A stretch of 32,816 bases of DNA from an uncultured Bacilli bacterium (GTDB lineage Bacteria > Bacillota_I > Bacilli_A > RF39 > UBA660), in contig CANTWP010000107.1 in the NCBI GenBank assembly GCA_947853245.1, forward strand, positions 1-32,816. Reading direction: 5' to 3'. How positions within the stretch are numbered: position 1 is the first letter of the stretch; every line of letters begins with the position of its first letter. The notes below the pieces were generated by a model that was not told the DNA's origin, searched no databases, and worked only from the letters and a program-made list of their open reading frames with translations. Of the stretch, positions 24,066-32,033 are shown piece by piece. The position numbers and the translations under genes are program-made.

Positions 24066-25697
24066 TACAACTAAAATCATTGGTTTACATTCTGTTTGAT
24101 CATAGAAATATTTACCAACCTTATCACGGATTTCTAATTTAATATTATTATAATCTATATAATTATGTTTAGTATTGGCTTCTATAATAGACGCAGAAAT
24201 ATTTTCAGCTTCTTTTATTAAATCATTATTCTCTTTTACATAGATAAATCCTCTGGTTAAGACCTCAGGACCCGCTAAAACTTTTTTGCCTATTTTTTCT
24301 AAAGTAGCAGTTACAATAACTATACCATTATCACTTAAAAGCTCACGATCTTTTAATACTAATTCTCCAATATCACCATTAGTTTTTCCGTCAATTAAAA
24401 TCTCATCAGTTTTAATTTTTTCTTTTGTTGGCAATAATATACCATCCTTAAATACTGAAACATCACCATTTAAACTTAGAATAATATTTTCTTCATTCAT
24501 ACCAACTTGCATTGCCACTTCTTTATTAGCCACTTGATGACGATACTCACCATTTATTGGAAAATAATACTTTGGTTGCATTAAATCTAACATTAACATT
24601 AAATCTTCACTAGATGCATGGTAAGATAAATACTTCTTTTCTGGTAATGTTACAATATTTGAACCAATTTTAGCAATATTATCTAATACTTTAGTAGCAC
24701 TCTTTTCCATACCCTCGTATACTGGAGATGCAAATACTACTGTATCTTTATCAGTAATAGTTACAAACTTATCATAACCACGAATGATACGTCTAATATT
24801 AGAGAATGGTTTTTCTCGTTCATCAGATACAATAATTACAACATTAGCATCATCAGCATTATGAATATTTGAAATACGGCTTTTATCAAATTTGATATAA
24901 CCCAAATCAATTGATTTTAAAATTAATGTTTCTAAACTTTTACCCATGATAATAACATGGCGACTAGTTTTCATAATTTCTGTAAATAATTCCTGAATAC
25001 GATATAATTGTGAACTAGAAATATTAAATAGAATTCGTCCATTATTGGTTCCTAATGTTTCTCTAATTATTCCAGTTGCTCTATGATTAGGAGAAGTATA
25101 TCCTTTTTTATCAGCATACATAGATTCACTAAGTAAGCAGAGTACTCCTTGTTTACCTACATAAGCAAGTTTTCCAATATCAGTCTTATAAGATTCCATC
25201 ATCGTTGAATCAAAAACAAAATTACCCGTATAGAATATTGCACCATCTGGTGTGTAAAGTACATAACCAACAGACTCTGGAACTGAATGTGTTAACGCTA
25301 TTGGAAAAAGACTACAAGCACCAAAACCAATTTTATGATGAACTTGGACTGGAATAAGATGACTATCTTTAATTCCATCATCTAATAATTGATTTTTAAT
25401 AACTTCTAAAGTAAAGTTAGTTCCATATATTTTTAATTTTGGAATATCTATTAAAATATCTGATAAAGCTCCCATCTGTTGTTCATGGCCATGACTAATA
25501 AACAATCCTTTAATTCTATCTTTATTAGTTTTTAAGTATTCATAATCAGGTATAACATAATCTACCCCTAACATTGAATCGTCAGCATATTTTAATCCCG
25601 CATCAAATACAAATATATCATTATCTACTTCTATTACATACATGTTTTTACCAATTTCATTTAGTCCACCTAAACTAAATATTTTTATTTTACTCAT
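24051..25697 (-). CDS. rnj: Ribonuclease J (metallo-beta-lactamase/beta-CASP family) with degenerate motif II
   Basis: 548 aa. It begins MSKIKIFSLGGLNEIGKNMYVIEVDNDIFVFDAGLKY, has the beta-CASP and C-terminal domain layout of RNase J, and reads SHGHEQQMGAL where HxHxDH is expected (25476-25493). Confidence 0.9.
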   Translation of the reverse strand: MSKIKIFSLGGLNEIGKNMYVIEVDNDIFVFDAGLKYADDSMLGVDYVIPDYEYLKTNKDRIKGLFISHGHEQQMGALSDILIDIPKLKIYGTNFTLEVIKNQLLDDGIKDSHLIPVQVHHKIGFGACSLFPIALTHSVPESVGYVLYTPDGAIFYTGNFVFDSTMMESYKTDIGKLAYVGKQGVLCLLSESMYADKKGYTSPNHRATGIIRETLGTNNGRILFNISSSQLYRIQELFTEIMKTSRHVIIMGKSLETLILKSIDLGYIKFDKSRISNIHNADDANVVIIVSDEREKPFSNIRRIIRGYDKFVTITDKDTVVFASPVYEGMEKSATKVLDNIAKIGSNIVTLPEKKYLSYHASSEDLMLMLDLMQPKYYFPINGEYRHQVANKEVAMQVGMNEENIILSLNGDVSVFKDGILLPTKEKIKTDEILIDGKTNGDIGELVLKDRELLSDNGIVIVTATLEKIGKKVLAGPEVLTRGFIYVKENNDLIKEAENISASIIEANTKHNYIDYNNIKLEIRDKVGKYFYDQTECKPMILVVIQEI

Positions 25698-25735
25698 ATT
25701 AACTCCTTTCTTTCAGTCCTTGTGGAAACTTCATA

Positions 25736-25744
25736 ATTATAACA
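25736..25744 (-). promoter_or_regulatory. Extended -10 element (TGTTATAAT) upstream of rnj
   Basis: Reverse complement of ATTATAACA at 25736-25744, about 40 nt upstream of the rnj ATG. Confidence 0.4.
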
Positions 25745-25769
25745 AAAAAAGGTAGGATTGTCTACCTTT
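25743..25769 (-). terminator. Rho-independent terminator of the suf operon
   Basis: AAAGGTAG (25748-25755), loop GATTGT, CTACCTTT (25762-25769). On the minus strand it is followed by TTTTTTT. Confidence 0.65.
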
Positions 25770-26962
25770 TATAATATTTCTTCTTTTAAACTAGGATTAT
25801 TTAATACTTTAACTAAATAATCTATTTCTTCTTTAGTATTATAAAAATAAAAACTAACACGACAAGTGTTTTTGACATTCAAATCTTCTTTTAACATCTT
25901 AGTACAATGATTACCTGCTCTAACACAAATATGATATTTATTAAGATAAATCGCTAAATCTTGAGAAAAAATATCTTTAATATTAAAAGTAATGATACCA
26001 CTTTCTGTATTTTCATTATATATAATTATATCTTTTACTAACTTTAATTTTTTAATTGCATATTTTTTTAACTTTTTTTCATAGTTTTCTATATTATTCA
26101 TACCTATATTATTTAAATAATCAATAACAGGACCAAACGCTATTACGTCGGCAATAGATGGTGTACCAGCTTCTAAAGAATATGGTATTTCTTTATATAC
26201 CCTAATATTATCACTATTAAATGTAGCATTCATCCCCCCACCAAAAACACAGGGATGAGTATTGTTTAAATATTCTTCTTTACCATATAAAATACCTAGT
26301 CCAGTCGGACCACACATTTTATGAGCAGAGAATGCTAAAAAATCAACATCTAAATCTTGAACATCTATTTTCATATGTGGAACACTTTGAGCCCCATCTA
26401 CAACTACTAAAATACCTTTAGAATGAGCATAAGAAATTATACCTTTAAGATCACGAATATCACCTACTACATTAGTAATGTGCGCTAAAGAAATAACTTT
26501 TGTTTTATCAGTAATTATTTTCTTTATGGAATCTAATGTTAAATTATAATTTTCATCTAATTCTGCATATTTAATTTTTAAGTTTAATTCATTAGCAAGT
26601 TCAATCCAAGGTAAAATATTAGATGCATGTTCAGCTTTATTTAAAATAATTTCATCAAATTCCTGTAAATAATATTTGAAATAACCACATACTATTTTAT
26701 TTAATGAATCTGTTGCACCACTAGTAAAAACGATCGTTTCTCTTTTTTCAGCATTAATAAAATTCTTTATTTTATTTCTAGTTTTTTCATACATTGTATC
26801 TACTTTTAAGCTAATGTCATAATCTCCTCTATGGGCATTAGCAGTATAATTCATATAATAGTCATTTAAATATTCACAAAGCACTCTTGGTTTGAATGTC
26901 GTTGCGGCATTATCTAAATAAACTATATTTTGCTTTAACATTGGAAAATCTTCACGATTCAT
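25769..26962 (-). CDS. sufS: Cysteine desulfurase, SufS type (class V aminotransferase)
   Basis: 397 aa with the PLP-lysine motif FSAHKMCGPTG and the catalytic-Cys motif RAGNHCT. It lies downstream of sufC and sufD. Confidence 0.9.
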   Translation of the reverse strand: MNREDFPMLKQNIVYLDNAATTFKPRVLCEYLNDYYMNYTANAHRGDYDISLKVDTMYEKTRNKIKNFINAEKRETIVFTSGATDSLNKIVCGYFKYYLQEFDEIILNKAEHASNILPWIELANELNLKIKYAELDENYNLTLDSIKKIITDKTKVISLAHITNVVGDIRDLKGIISYAHSKGILVVVDGAQSVPHMKIDVQDLDVDFLAFSAHKMCGPTGLGILYGKEEYLNNTHPCVFGGGMNATFNSDNIRVYKEIPYSLEAGTPSIADVIAFGPVIDYLNNIGMNNIENYEKKLKKYAIKKLKLVKDIIIYNENTESGIITFNIKDIFSQDLAIYLNKYHICVRAGNHCTKMLKEDLNVKNTCRVSFYFYNTKEEIDYLVKVLNNPSLKEEIL

Positions 26963-26966
26963 AAAA

Positions 26967-27764
26967 TCACCTCCAATACTGTTCTGCTACTACTTTAAAA
27001 TCATCTTGCATTTTAGATGGTAAATTAGAAATTAAAAATCCATTAATTAATAGTTTTAATGCTTCTTGATAAGGTATACTTCTACTTTGTAAATAGAAAA
27101 GTTCAATGTCTTTAAAGGCTCCTACAAAAGCACTATGATTAGCAGTAACATCAAAACAATCTATATACATATTGGGTTTAATTAAACATTCATTATTAGT
27201 TAAATTAATAATACGATTATTCTGATCTACTGTACATCCACTATTATCTTTTGATACAAAGCTAGAAACATTAAATGATAAGTTCCCATTGTCTATGTTA
27301 ACTCCTTCATTAATTAAATTACTAACGGTGTTTTTAGCATTATGATAAACCATCATATCATATTGCTCTGCACCGCTTGAAACAGTTTTAATTACTCTCT
27401 TAACATTACTATTATTACCATTTAAATTCACAATAGTATATTCTTTTGTACCTTTTAAGTTACTAGTTTTATAAATATTACAAATACTATTTTCTTCTAA
27501 ATAATATTTATACTGTATTTTTAAATAATCACCGATTGTATGTTCGTATATACTAACATTAACATCCTTTTTTACATTAATAAATAAATCTAATTTACTT
27601 GAGATTACTATATCATATTCTATATCTAATTCTGTGTCTTTATTAATGATTAATTTAATTGAATTTACAAGATAATTATCATTTTTTTCTTTTAGAGAAA
27701 CTTCTAGAGAATGATCACACTCTAATAATTCTATTTTATCATTCACTATTTTTATTCTATTCAT
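26967..27764 (-). CDS. sufD: Short SufB/SufD-family Fe-S assembly scaffold protein
   Basis: 265 aa. The C-terminal block ANHSAFVGAFKDIELFYLQSRSIPYQEALKLLINGFL matches the SufB/SufD signature (HGAT.G......LFYL.SRGI). It overlaps sufC by 8 nt. Confidence 0.7.
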   Translation of the reverse strand: MNRIKIVNDKIELLECDHSLEVSLKEKNDNYLVNSIKLIINKDTELDIEYDIVISSKLDLFINVKKDVNVSIYEHTIGDYLKIQYKYYLEENSICNIYKTSNLKGTKEYTIVNLNGNNSNVKRVIKTVSSGAEQYDMMVYHNAKNTVSNLINEGVNIDNGNLSFNVSSFVSKDNSGCTVDQNNRIINLTNNECLIKPNMYIDCFDVTANHSAFVGAFKDIELFYLQSRSIPYQEALKLLINGFLISNLPSKMQDDFKVVAEQYWR

Positions 27765-28542
27765 TTTTTAGTGTTTCCTTCATAATACAAGACCCAGATA
27801 TAATAGTTTTTTCTAATTTTTCATAACCATTTTCTTCTATATAATCAACTAACTCTTGACCACCACTTTTTACAATGTGGCCATCCTTCATAATGTGTAC
27901 ATGAGTTGGTTTTATATAATCAAGTAATCTATGATAGTGAGTAATAAGTAGTATTCCCGGATTATTACTCTCATAATAATTCATTACATTTTCCCCTACT
28001 ACTTTCAAACTATCAACATCTAAACCAGAATCAATTTCGTCTAACATAACAAAGTTGGGTTCTAACATATACATTTGTAATATTTCATTCTTCTTGCGCT
28101 CTCCACCAGAAAAACCTTGGTTTATTCCACGATGAATCATATCCTTGTCCATCTTAAGTTTCTCTACAGACGTATCTATTTTCTTAATAAAATCAAATAA
28201 TTTAAATTGATCTTTTTGTTTATTATGTAAAGCCGCTCTTAAAAAGTCAGAATTACTAACACCTTCTATCTCTGGTGGCATCTGCATCCCTAAAAATATA
28301 CCTAAATTAGCTCTATCACAAACATCTAAATTATTAATGCTTTGACCATCAAAAATAATATCACCTTCTAATAATTTATAAGAAGGATCTCCCATTATCA
28401 CTTTTGACAAAGTAGACTTACCAGTTCCATTAGGCCCCATTATAGCGTGAATTTCACCACTATTAATTTCTAAATTAAAATTTTTTAAGATTACTTTGTT
28501 ATCTATTTCTACACTTAAATTTAATATTTTTAATGTGTGCAT
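27757..28542 (-). CDS. sufC: Fe-S cluster assembly ATPase SufC
   Basis: 261 aa with Walker A GPNGTGKSTL, ABC signature FSGGERKKNEILQM and Walker B MLDEIDSGLD. Confidence 0.95.
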   Translation of the reverse strand: MHTLKILNLSVEIDNKVILKNFNLEINSGEIHAIMGPNGTGKSTLSKVIMGDPSYKLLEGDIIFDGQSINNLDVCDRANLGIFLGMQMPPEIEGVSNSDFLRAALHNKQKDQFKLFDFIKKIDTSVEKLKMDKDMIHRGINQGFSGGERKKNEILQMYMLEPNFVMLDEIDSGLDVDSLKVVGENVMNYYESNNPGILLITHYHRLLDYIKPTHVHIMKDGHIVKSGGQELVDYIEENGYEKLEKTIISGSCIMKETLKNE

Positions 28543-28644
28543 AAAATCATCTCCGTTTAATATTATACAATAATTTATAGATTTTTTGTATAAAATTTCT
28601 AAAATGTATAATAATATTACTGAATATTCGCAGTATTCACTAAA

Positions 28645-28675
28645 ATATGAAATCTCTTTATTGAAGATTTCATAT
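28645..28675. promoter_or_regulatory. 11-bp perfect inverted repeat (ATATGAAATCT-N9-AGATTTCATAT) in the sufC/hit divergent intergenic region
   Basis: The arms are at 28645-28655 and 28665-28675, followed by TTTTTT. The right arm overlaps the predicted -35 of the hit promoter. Confidence 0.3.
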
Positions 28676-28689
28676 TTTTTAGTTATAAT
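28661..28689 (+). promoter_or_regulatory. Candidate promoter of the HIT gene
   Basis: TTGAAG (28661-28666), a 17-nt spacer, then TATAAT (28684-28689). The AGGAGAG RBS follows. Confidence 0.45.
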
Positions 28690-28709
28690 ATATTTAGGAG
28701 AGTGATAAA

Positions 28710-29081
28710 ATGGACTGTATTTTTTGTAAAATTATCAATGGTGAAATTCCATCTTATACTATCTACGAAGATGATACTGTTAAGGCTTTTTTAGATATTA
28801 ATCCTAATTGTAATGGTCATACTTTAATAATTCCCAAAAAACATATTAAAGATATTACTGATATAGATGAAATTACTCTAAAACAAATATTTAAAGTTGC
28901 CCAAAAATTAAAGAAGGAATTAGAAAATAAACTTCATATTGATGGATTAACATTAGTACAAAATAATGGTTATATCCAAGAAGTCAAACATTTTCATTTA
29001 CACTTAAAACCAGTATATAAAGAAAAACAAAGTCTAAAAAAAGTAGAAGATATCTACAATATATTAAAGGCCACAGAATAA
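28710..29081 (+). CDS. HIT (histidine triad) family nucleotide hydrolase/transferase
   Basis: 123 aa. It begins MDCIFCKIINGEIPS, contains NGHTLIIPKKH, and has the histidine triad HFHLHLKP. Confidence 0.9.
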   Translation: MDCIFCKIINGEIPSYTIYEDDTVKAFLDINPNCNGHTLIIPKKHIKDITDIDEITLKQIFKVAQKLKKELENKLHIDGLTLVQNNGYIQEVKHFHLHLKPVYKEKQSLKKVEDIYNILKATE

Positions 29082-29096
29082 ACTGTGACCTTTTTA
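29066..29096. terminator. Bidirectional terminator between hit and the 279-aa gene
   Basis: AAGGCCACAG (29067-29076) pairs with CTGTGACCTT (29083-29092) with one mismatch, followed by TTTTT. The genes here are convergent. Confidence 0.55.
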
Positions 29097-29933
29097 ATTA
29101 TTATCAATTTTTAACTTTTTAACCATTTCTTTACTAACGTTTTTATCAATAAAATCTTTAGTATCATTAGAGTGCGCTAAATCAGTTTGATAAGCTAAAT
29201 AAATCGCTATTATTTTAGTAAAATCATTAGGTAATTCTGATAAATCTTCAGCAATCATTTCTAAACTATCTGTTTCTAACCTATCAACATATTCCAAAGT
29301 TTCTTCTGAGAAAGTTTCATCTAATGTATGCATAAATTTATTACCAATATAAAATCCTCTAAAGATTTCCAAAAAATTTTTATCATACATTTCTTTATTC
29401 TCATCTTTTAATTTACTCATTATCGTTATAACTAACTGATAAAAGTTAGATAAATATTTACTACCTAATTTTTCTAAATAATCTTTGTAATAATGGTTTA
29501 TAGAATCAATATCCTTTTGAATTCCATAAACATAAATATCAACCAAATATAATGGATCAAATTCTAATAATTTAAAATAATCTTTGTTATCTGCTTTTTC
29601 TTCAATTAAAAGACATCTATCAATAATAGGAAAATTCCAAAATTGTTTAGCATTTACAAAAAGTATTTGCAGTAAATGATAATTATCTTCTAAAACTTCT
29701 TTTACATGCTTAAAATCAGATTTCACTAAAATAGAATATAATCTTTTAGAATAATTATCACTATCTGGTTCATTTTTTCGTCTTTGTAAAATTTGATAAC
29801 CATCCGCTAATATAATACGTAAATATCTTTCTTTTATAGGTTCATCTAATTGATCTAAAAACAGTAATAGTTGTTTATTATCCAGTTTATAAAGTTTATG
29901 TCTATATGTATCATTAATGCTATAACAAATCAT
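29094..29933 (-). CDS. All-helical cytoplasmic protein of unknown function whose N-terminal ~30 aa resemble the N-terminus of the amidoligase two genes upstream
   Basis: 279 aa with AGGGGTGA RBS. I recognise no family motif. Its INDTYRHKLYKLDNKQLLLFLDQL matches SNDTFSKFSEIDKKELILYLEKF in the 30468-31472 product. Confidence 0.5.
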   Translation of the reverse strand: MICYSINDTYRHKLYKLDNKQLLLFLDQLDEPIKERYLRIILADGYQILQRRKNEPDSDNYSKRLYSILVKSDFKHVKEVLEDNYHLLQILFVNAKQFWNFPIIDRCLLIEEKADNKDYFKLLEFDPLYLVDIYVYGIQKDIDSINHYYKDYLEKLGSKYLSNFYQLVITIMSKLKDENKEMYDKNFLEIFRGFYIGNKFMHTLDETFSEETLEYVDRLETDSLEMIAEDLSELPNDFTKIIAIYLAYQTDLAHSNDTKDFIDKNVSKEMVKKLKIDNN

Positions 29934-29956
29934 AGATAATCACCCCTGATATATTC

Positions 29957-29965
29957 ATTATAACA
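29957..29965 (-). promoter_or_regulatory. Extended -10 element (TGTTATAAT) upstream of the 279-aa gene
   Basis: Reverse complement of ATTATAACA at 29957-29965, in the 38-nt gap after the 148-aa gene. Confidence 0.4.
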
Positions 29966-29971
29966 TAATCA

Positions 29972-30418
29972 TTATCTATTGATAGTACAAATTGAACAAT
30001 TATTTAAAATTTCTAATAATTCCTCTTGATTAGAATATATTTTTATTTTTTCTATAGCAAGACCATAATAATCTATACTAATCATATCTGTTTTATAATT
30101 ATTTTTATCTAAGACTTTTTTATAATACGATATAAAATCTTGTATATTAAAACCTTTTTCACAATTAAAAAAGATATTACCTAATTTATCTTTATAAAGA
30201 GCATTAACTTTAGGATAAACTGCAACTATGTTATCTGTATTAGAAAAATATTTATCAAAGTTTTTAGTTGTTAAATTATTAGTATATATATCAAATATTT
30301 TATATTCATTATCATCATTTGATGACATTACTGGAATACCATCATTAGATGAATTATCCAATTTGATTATTAGAATTAAACAAATAAAAAGAAAGAAGAT
30401 ATTTAAAGCATACTTCAT
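29972..30418 (-). CDS. Small signal-anchored/secreted protein of unknown function
   Basis: I trimmed this to MKYALNIFFLFICLILIIKL at ATG 30418, with GGTGA 5 nt upstream. It has one N-terminal hydrophobic helix and a ~120-aa Asn/Tyr/Lys-rich domain ending in CSICTINR. Confidence 0.45.
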   Translation of the reverse strand: MKYALNIFFLFICLILIIKLDNSSNDGIPVMSSNDDNEYKIFDIYTNNLTTKNFDKYFSNTDNIVAVYPKVNALYKDKLGNIFFNCEKGFNIQDFISYYKKVLDKNNYKTDMISIDYYGLAIEKIKIYSNQEELLEILNNCSICTINR

Positions 30419-30467
30419 ACTAATCACCGTTATTAGTATGGAATATTAAAAATAAATAATTCTTCTT

Positions 30468-31472
30468 TTAATTAATAATAAATTTTTTTTGACGTTCTGC
30501 ATATATTTCTTTGTTATAATTTTTTAAATACTGACGAAGAAAATATAATTTATCTAAATTATTATCAAAAACCATATCGACAAAAGATAATGCTTCTAAT
30601 AAATAAATGTTATCATAAAGTGATATAGCATTACTTGATGTATGCATTTTATTATTAGCAATATAATTGTTTAACCACTCTATATCAATTTTATTTGTCT
30701 TAATTGCAAGTAACATTTTACCAATTGTATTAACGTTATTTTGCCAAATAATCTCTTCAATAGTACCATTTGGAAATCTAAATTCAATTGTGTTTTTGGG
30801 ATGAACCATAGAATAATCAAGATTAATATTTTGGAAATTTATAGCGCATCTGCGACAGGTTCTTTCTTTAAGTAAACTAATATACTGTTCAATACTTATA
30901 TTAGTAAATTTGATATTATTGGAATTTATAAATTCTTGTAATCTAAAAGATAAAGGTGCTGCAAATCGATTAATGGGACGTCTTGCTTTGTCTGTTTCTC
31001 CATAACCAAATCTAAATAATACTTTTTCAAAGGCAATCCAACATTTTATTAATGTTAGCCAGTTCTCATAATTATTTCCAAATAATATACTTCCAAAATG
31101 AATATGTCCGCCACAATTTTCAGTAACAGAAACATGATTTTCTTTTAATATATTACATATAATTTTTAATTCTTTCCAAGTAGTCAAATTGTCTTTTAAA
31201 ATAGGGCTATTAATTTCTCCACCAGAATTTAAAGATCGATCATGTTTAGTTAACCAATGTATCAAGTTATTATTATCAAGTAATTTTTCAATGTTTTCAA
31301 CCAAACAATACTCAAACTCTAATTCTAATCCAAAAGTAATTTCTTCGGCTTCTAAAAATCCTAGTTGTTCTCTATATGTTAAATAAAATTTTTCTAAATA
31401 TAGAATTAATTCTTTTTTGTCAATTTCACTAAATTTAGAAAAGGTATCATTACTACTGATGTTTACATTCAT
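30468..31472 (-). CDS. Amidoligase_2-type (glutamine-synthetase-like fold) putative amidoligase
   Basis: 334 aa with AAGGAG RBS. The motif string ITFGLELEFEY ... HDRSLNSGGEINSPIL ... ENCGGHIHFG follows the G.E.E / D.S....EivSP / CG.H.H pattern of the putative amidoligase enzyme family. Confidence 0.7.
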   Translation of the reverse strand: MNVNISSNDTFSKFSEIDKKELILYLEKFYLTYREQLGFLEAEEITFGLELEFEYCLVENIEKLLDNNNLIHWLTKHDRSLNSGGEINSPILKDNLTTWKELKIICNILKENHVSVTENCGGHIHFGSILFGNNYENWLTLIKCWIAFEKVLFRFGYGETDKARRPINRFAAPLSFRLQEFINSNNIKFTNISIEQYISLLKERTCRRCAINFQNINLDYSMVHPKNTIEFRFPNGTIEEIIWQNNVNTIGKMLLAIKTNKIDIEWLNNYIANNKMHTSSNAISLYDNIYLLEALSFVDMVFDNNLDKLYFLRQYLKNYNKEIYAERQKKFIIN

Positions 31473-31497
31473 AATATTACTCCTTAAAGGTAAGTGT

Positions 31498-31526
31498 ATT
31501 ATAACATAATTTGGAAAGAATGCAAA
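31498..31526 (-). promoter_or_regulatory. Promoter of the amidoligase gene
   Basis: On the minus strand, TTTGCA (31521-31526), a 17-nt spacer ending in TG, then TATAAT (31498-31503). This gives the extended -10 TGTTATAAT. Confidence 0.5.
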
Positions 31527-31547
31527 AATAGTAATTTATTTATTACT

Positions 31548-32033
31548 CTAATCTATTTTCTTTATCATATCATGCATGCGATTATGATAACCTTTTTTAT
31601 TATAAAATTTAACAGCACTGCTATTGTATGCAAAAACGTCTACAGATATATATTCACAGCCAATATTCTTAAAATATTCTTCCATTTTATTCATTAAAAT
31701 TTGACCAATACCTTGTGCTCTTATTTTCTTAGATACTATTAACTCTGTAATTCTTCCCTTTACTGGACATTTATAATCTAAATAATCACAGTCTTCATAT
31801 TTAGTTTGAACTCCCATTATCAAACCAACAGCATTATCATTTTCTATAGCAAGATAACATTTTCCGTTATTGTTATTGACTTCTTCTAAATCATATAAAA
31901 CCATTTTCTCTCTATAGTGTTCACCTACTATGTCTAAATGATCCTCATCAATACTGACAATATATTGTTCTAATTCTACAAGTAGATCTCTTACATCCTC
32001 TATATATTTATCTTCATATTCAATTATTTTCAT
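31548..32033 (-). CDS. GNAT-family N-acetyltransferase
   Basis: 161 aa with the acetyl-CoA-binding motif IRAQGIGQILMNKMEEYF and the C-terminal AVKFYNKKGY. The start overlaps the upstream gene by 14 nt. Confidence 0.85.
   Translation of the reverse strand: MKIIEYEDKYIEDVRDLLVELEQYIVSIDEDHLDIVGEHYREKMVLYDLEEVNNNNGKCYLAIENDNAVGLIMGVQTKYEDCDYLDYKCPVKGRITELIVSKKIRAQGIGQILMNKMEEYFKNIGCEYISVDVFAYNSSAVKFYNKKGYHNRMHDMIKKID

Noticed and set aside
2498-31697. The remaining short track ORFs: 2498-2764(+), 8820-9038(+), 9187-9435(+), 10558-10746(+), 11628-11831(+), 12795-12980(+), 13842-14042(+), 17664-17909(+), 23706-23906(+), 24286-24537(+), 30228-30449(+), 31189-31386(+) and 31494-31697(+).
   Set aside because: All lie antisense to, and largely or wholly within, longer genes with recognisable products. 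Their composition is low-complexity or hydrophobic, as is typical of shadow frames in AT-rich DNA, and none has an RBS.
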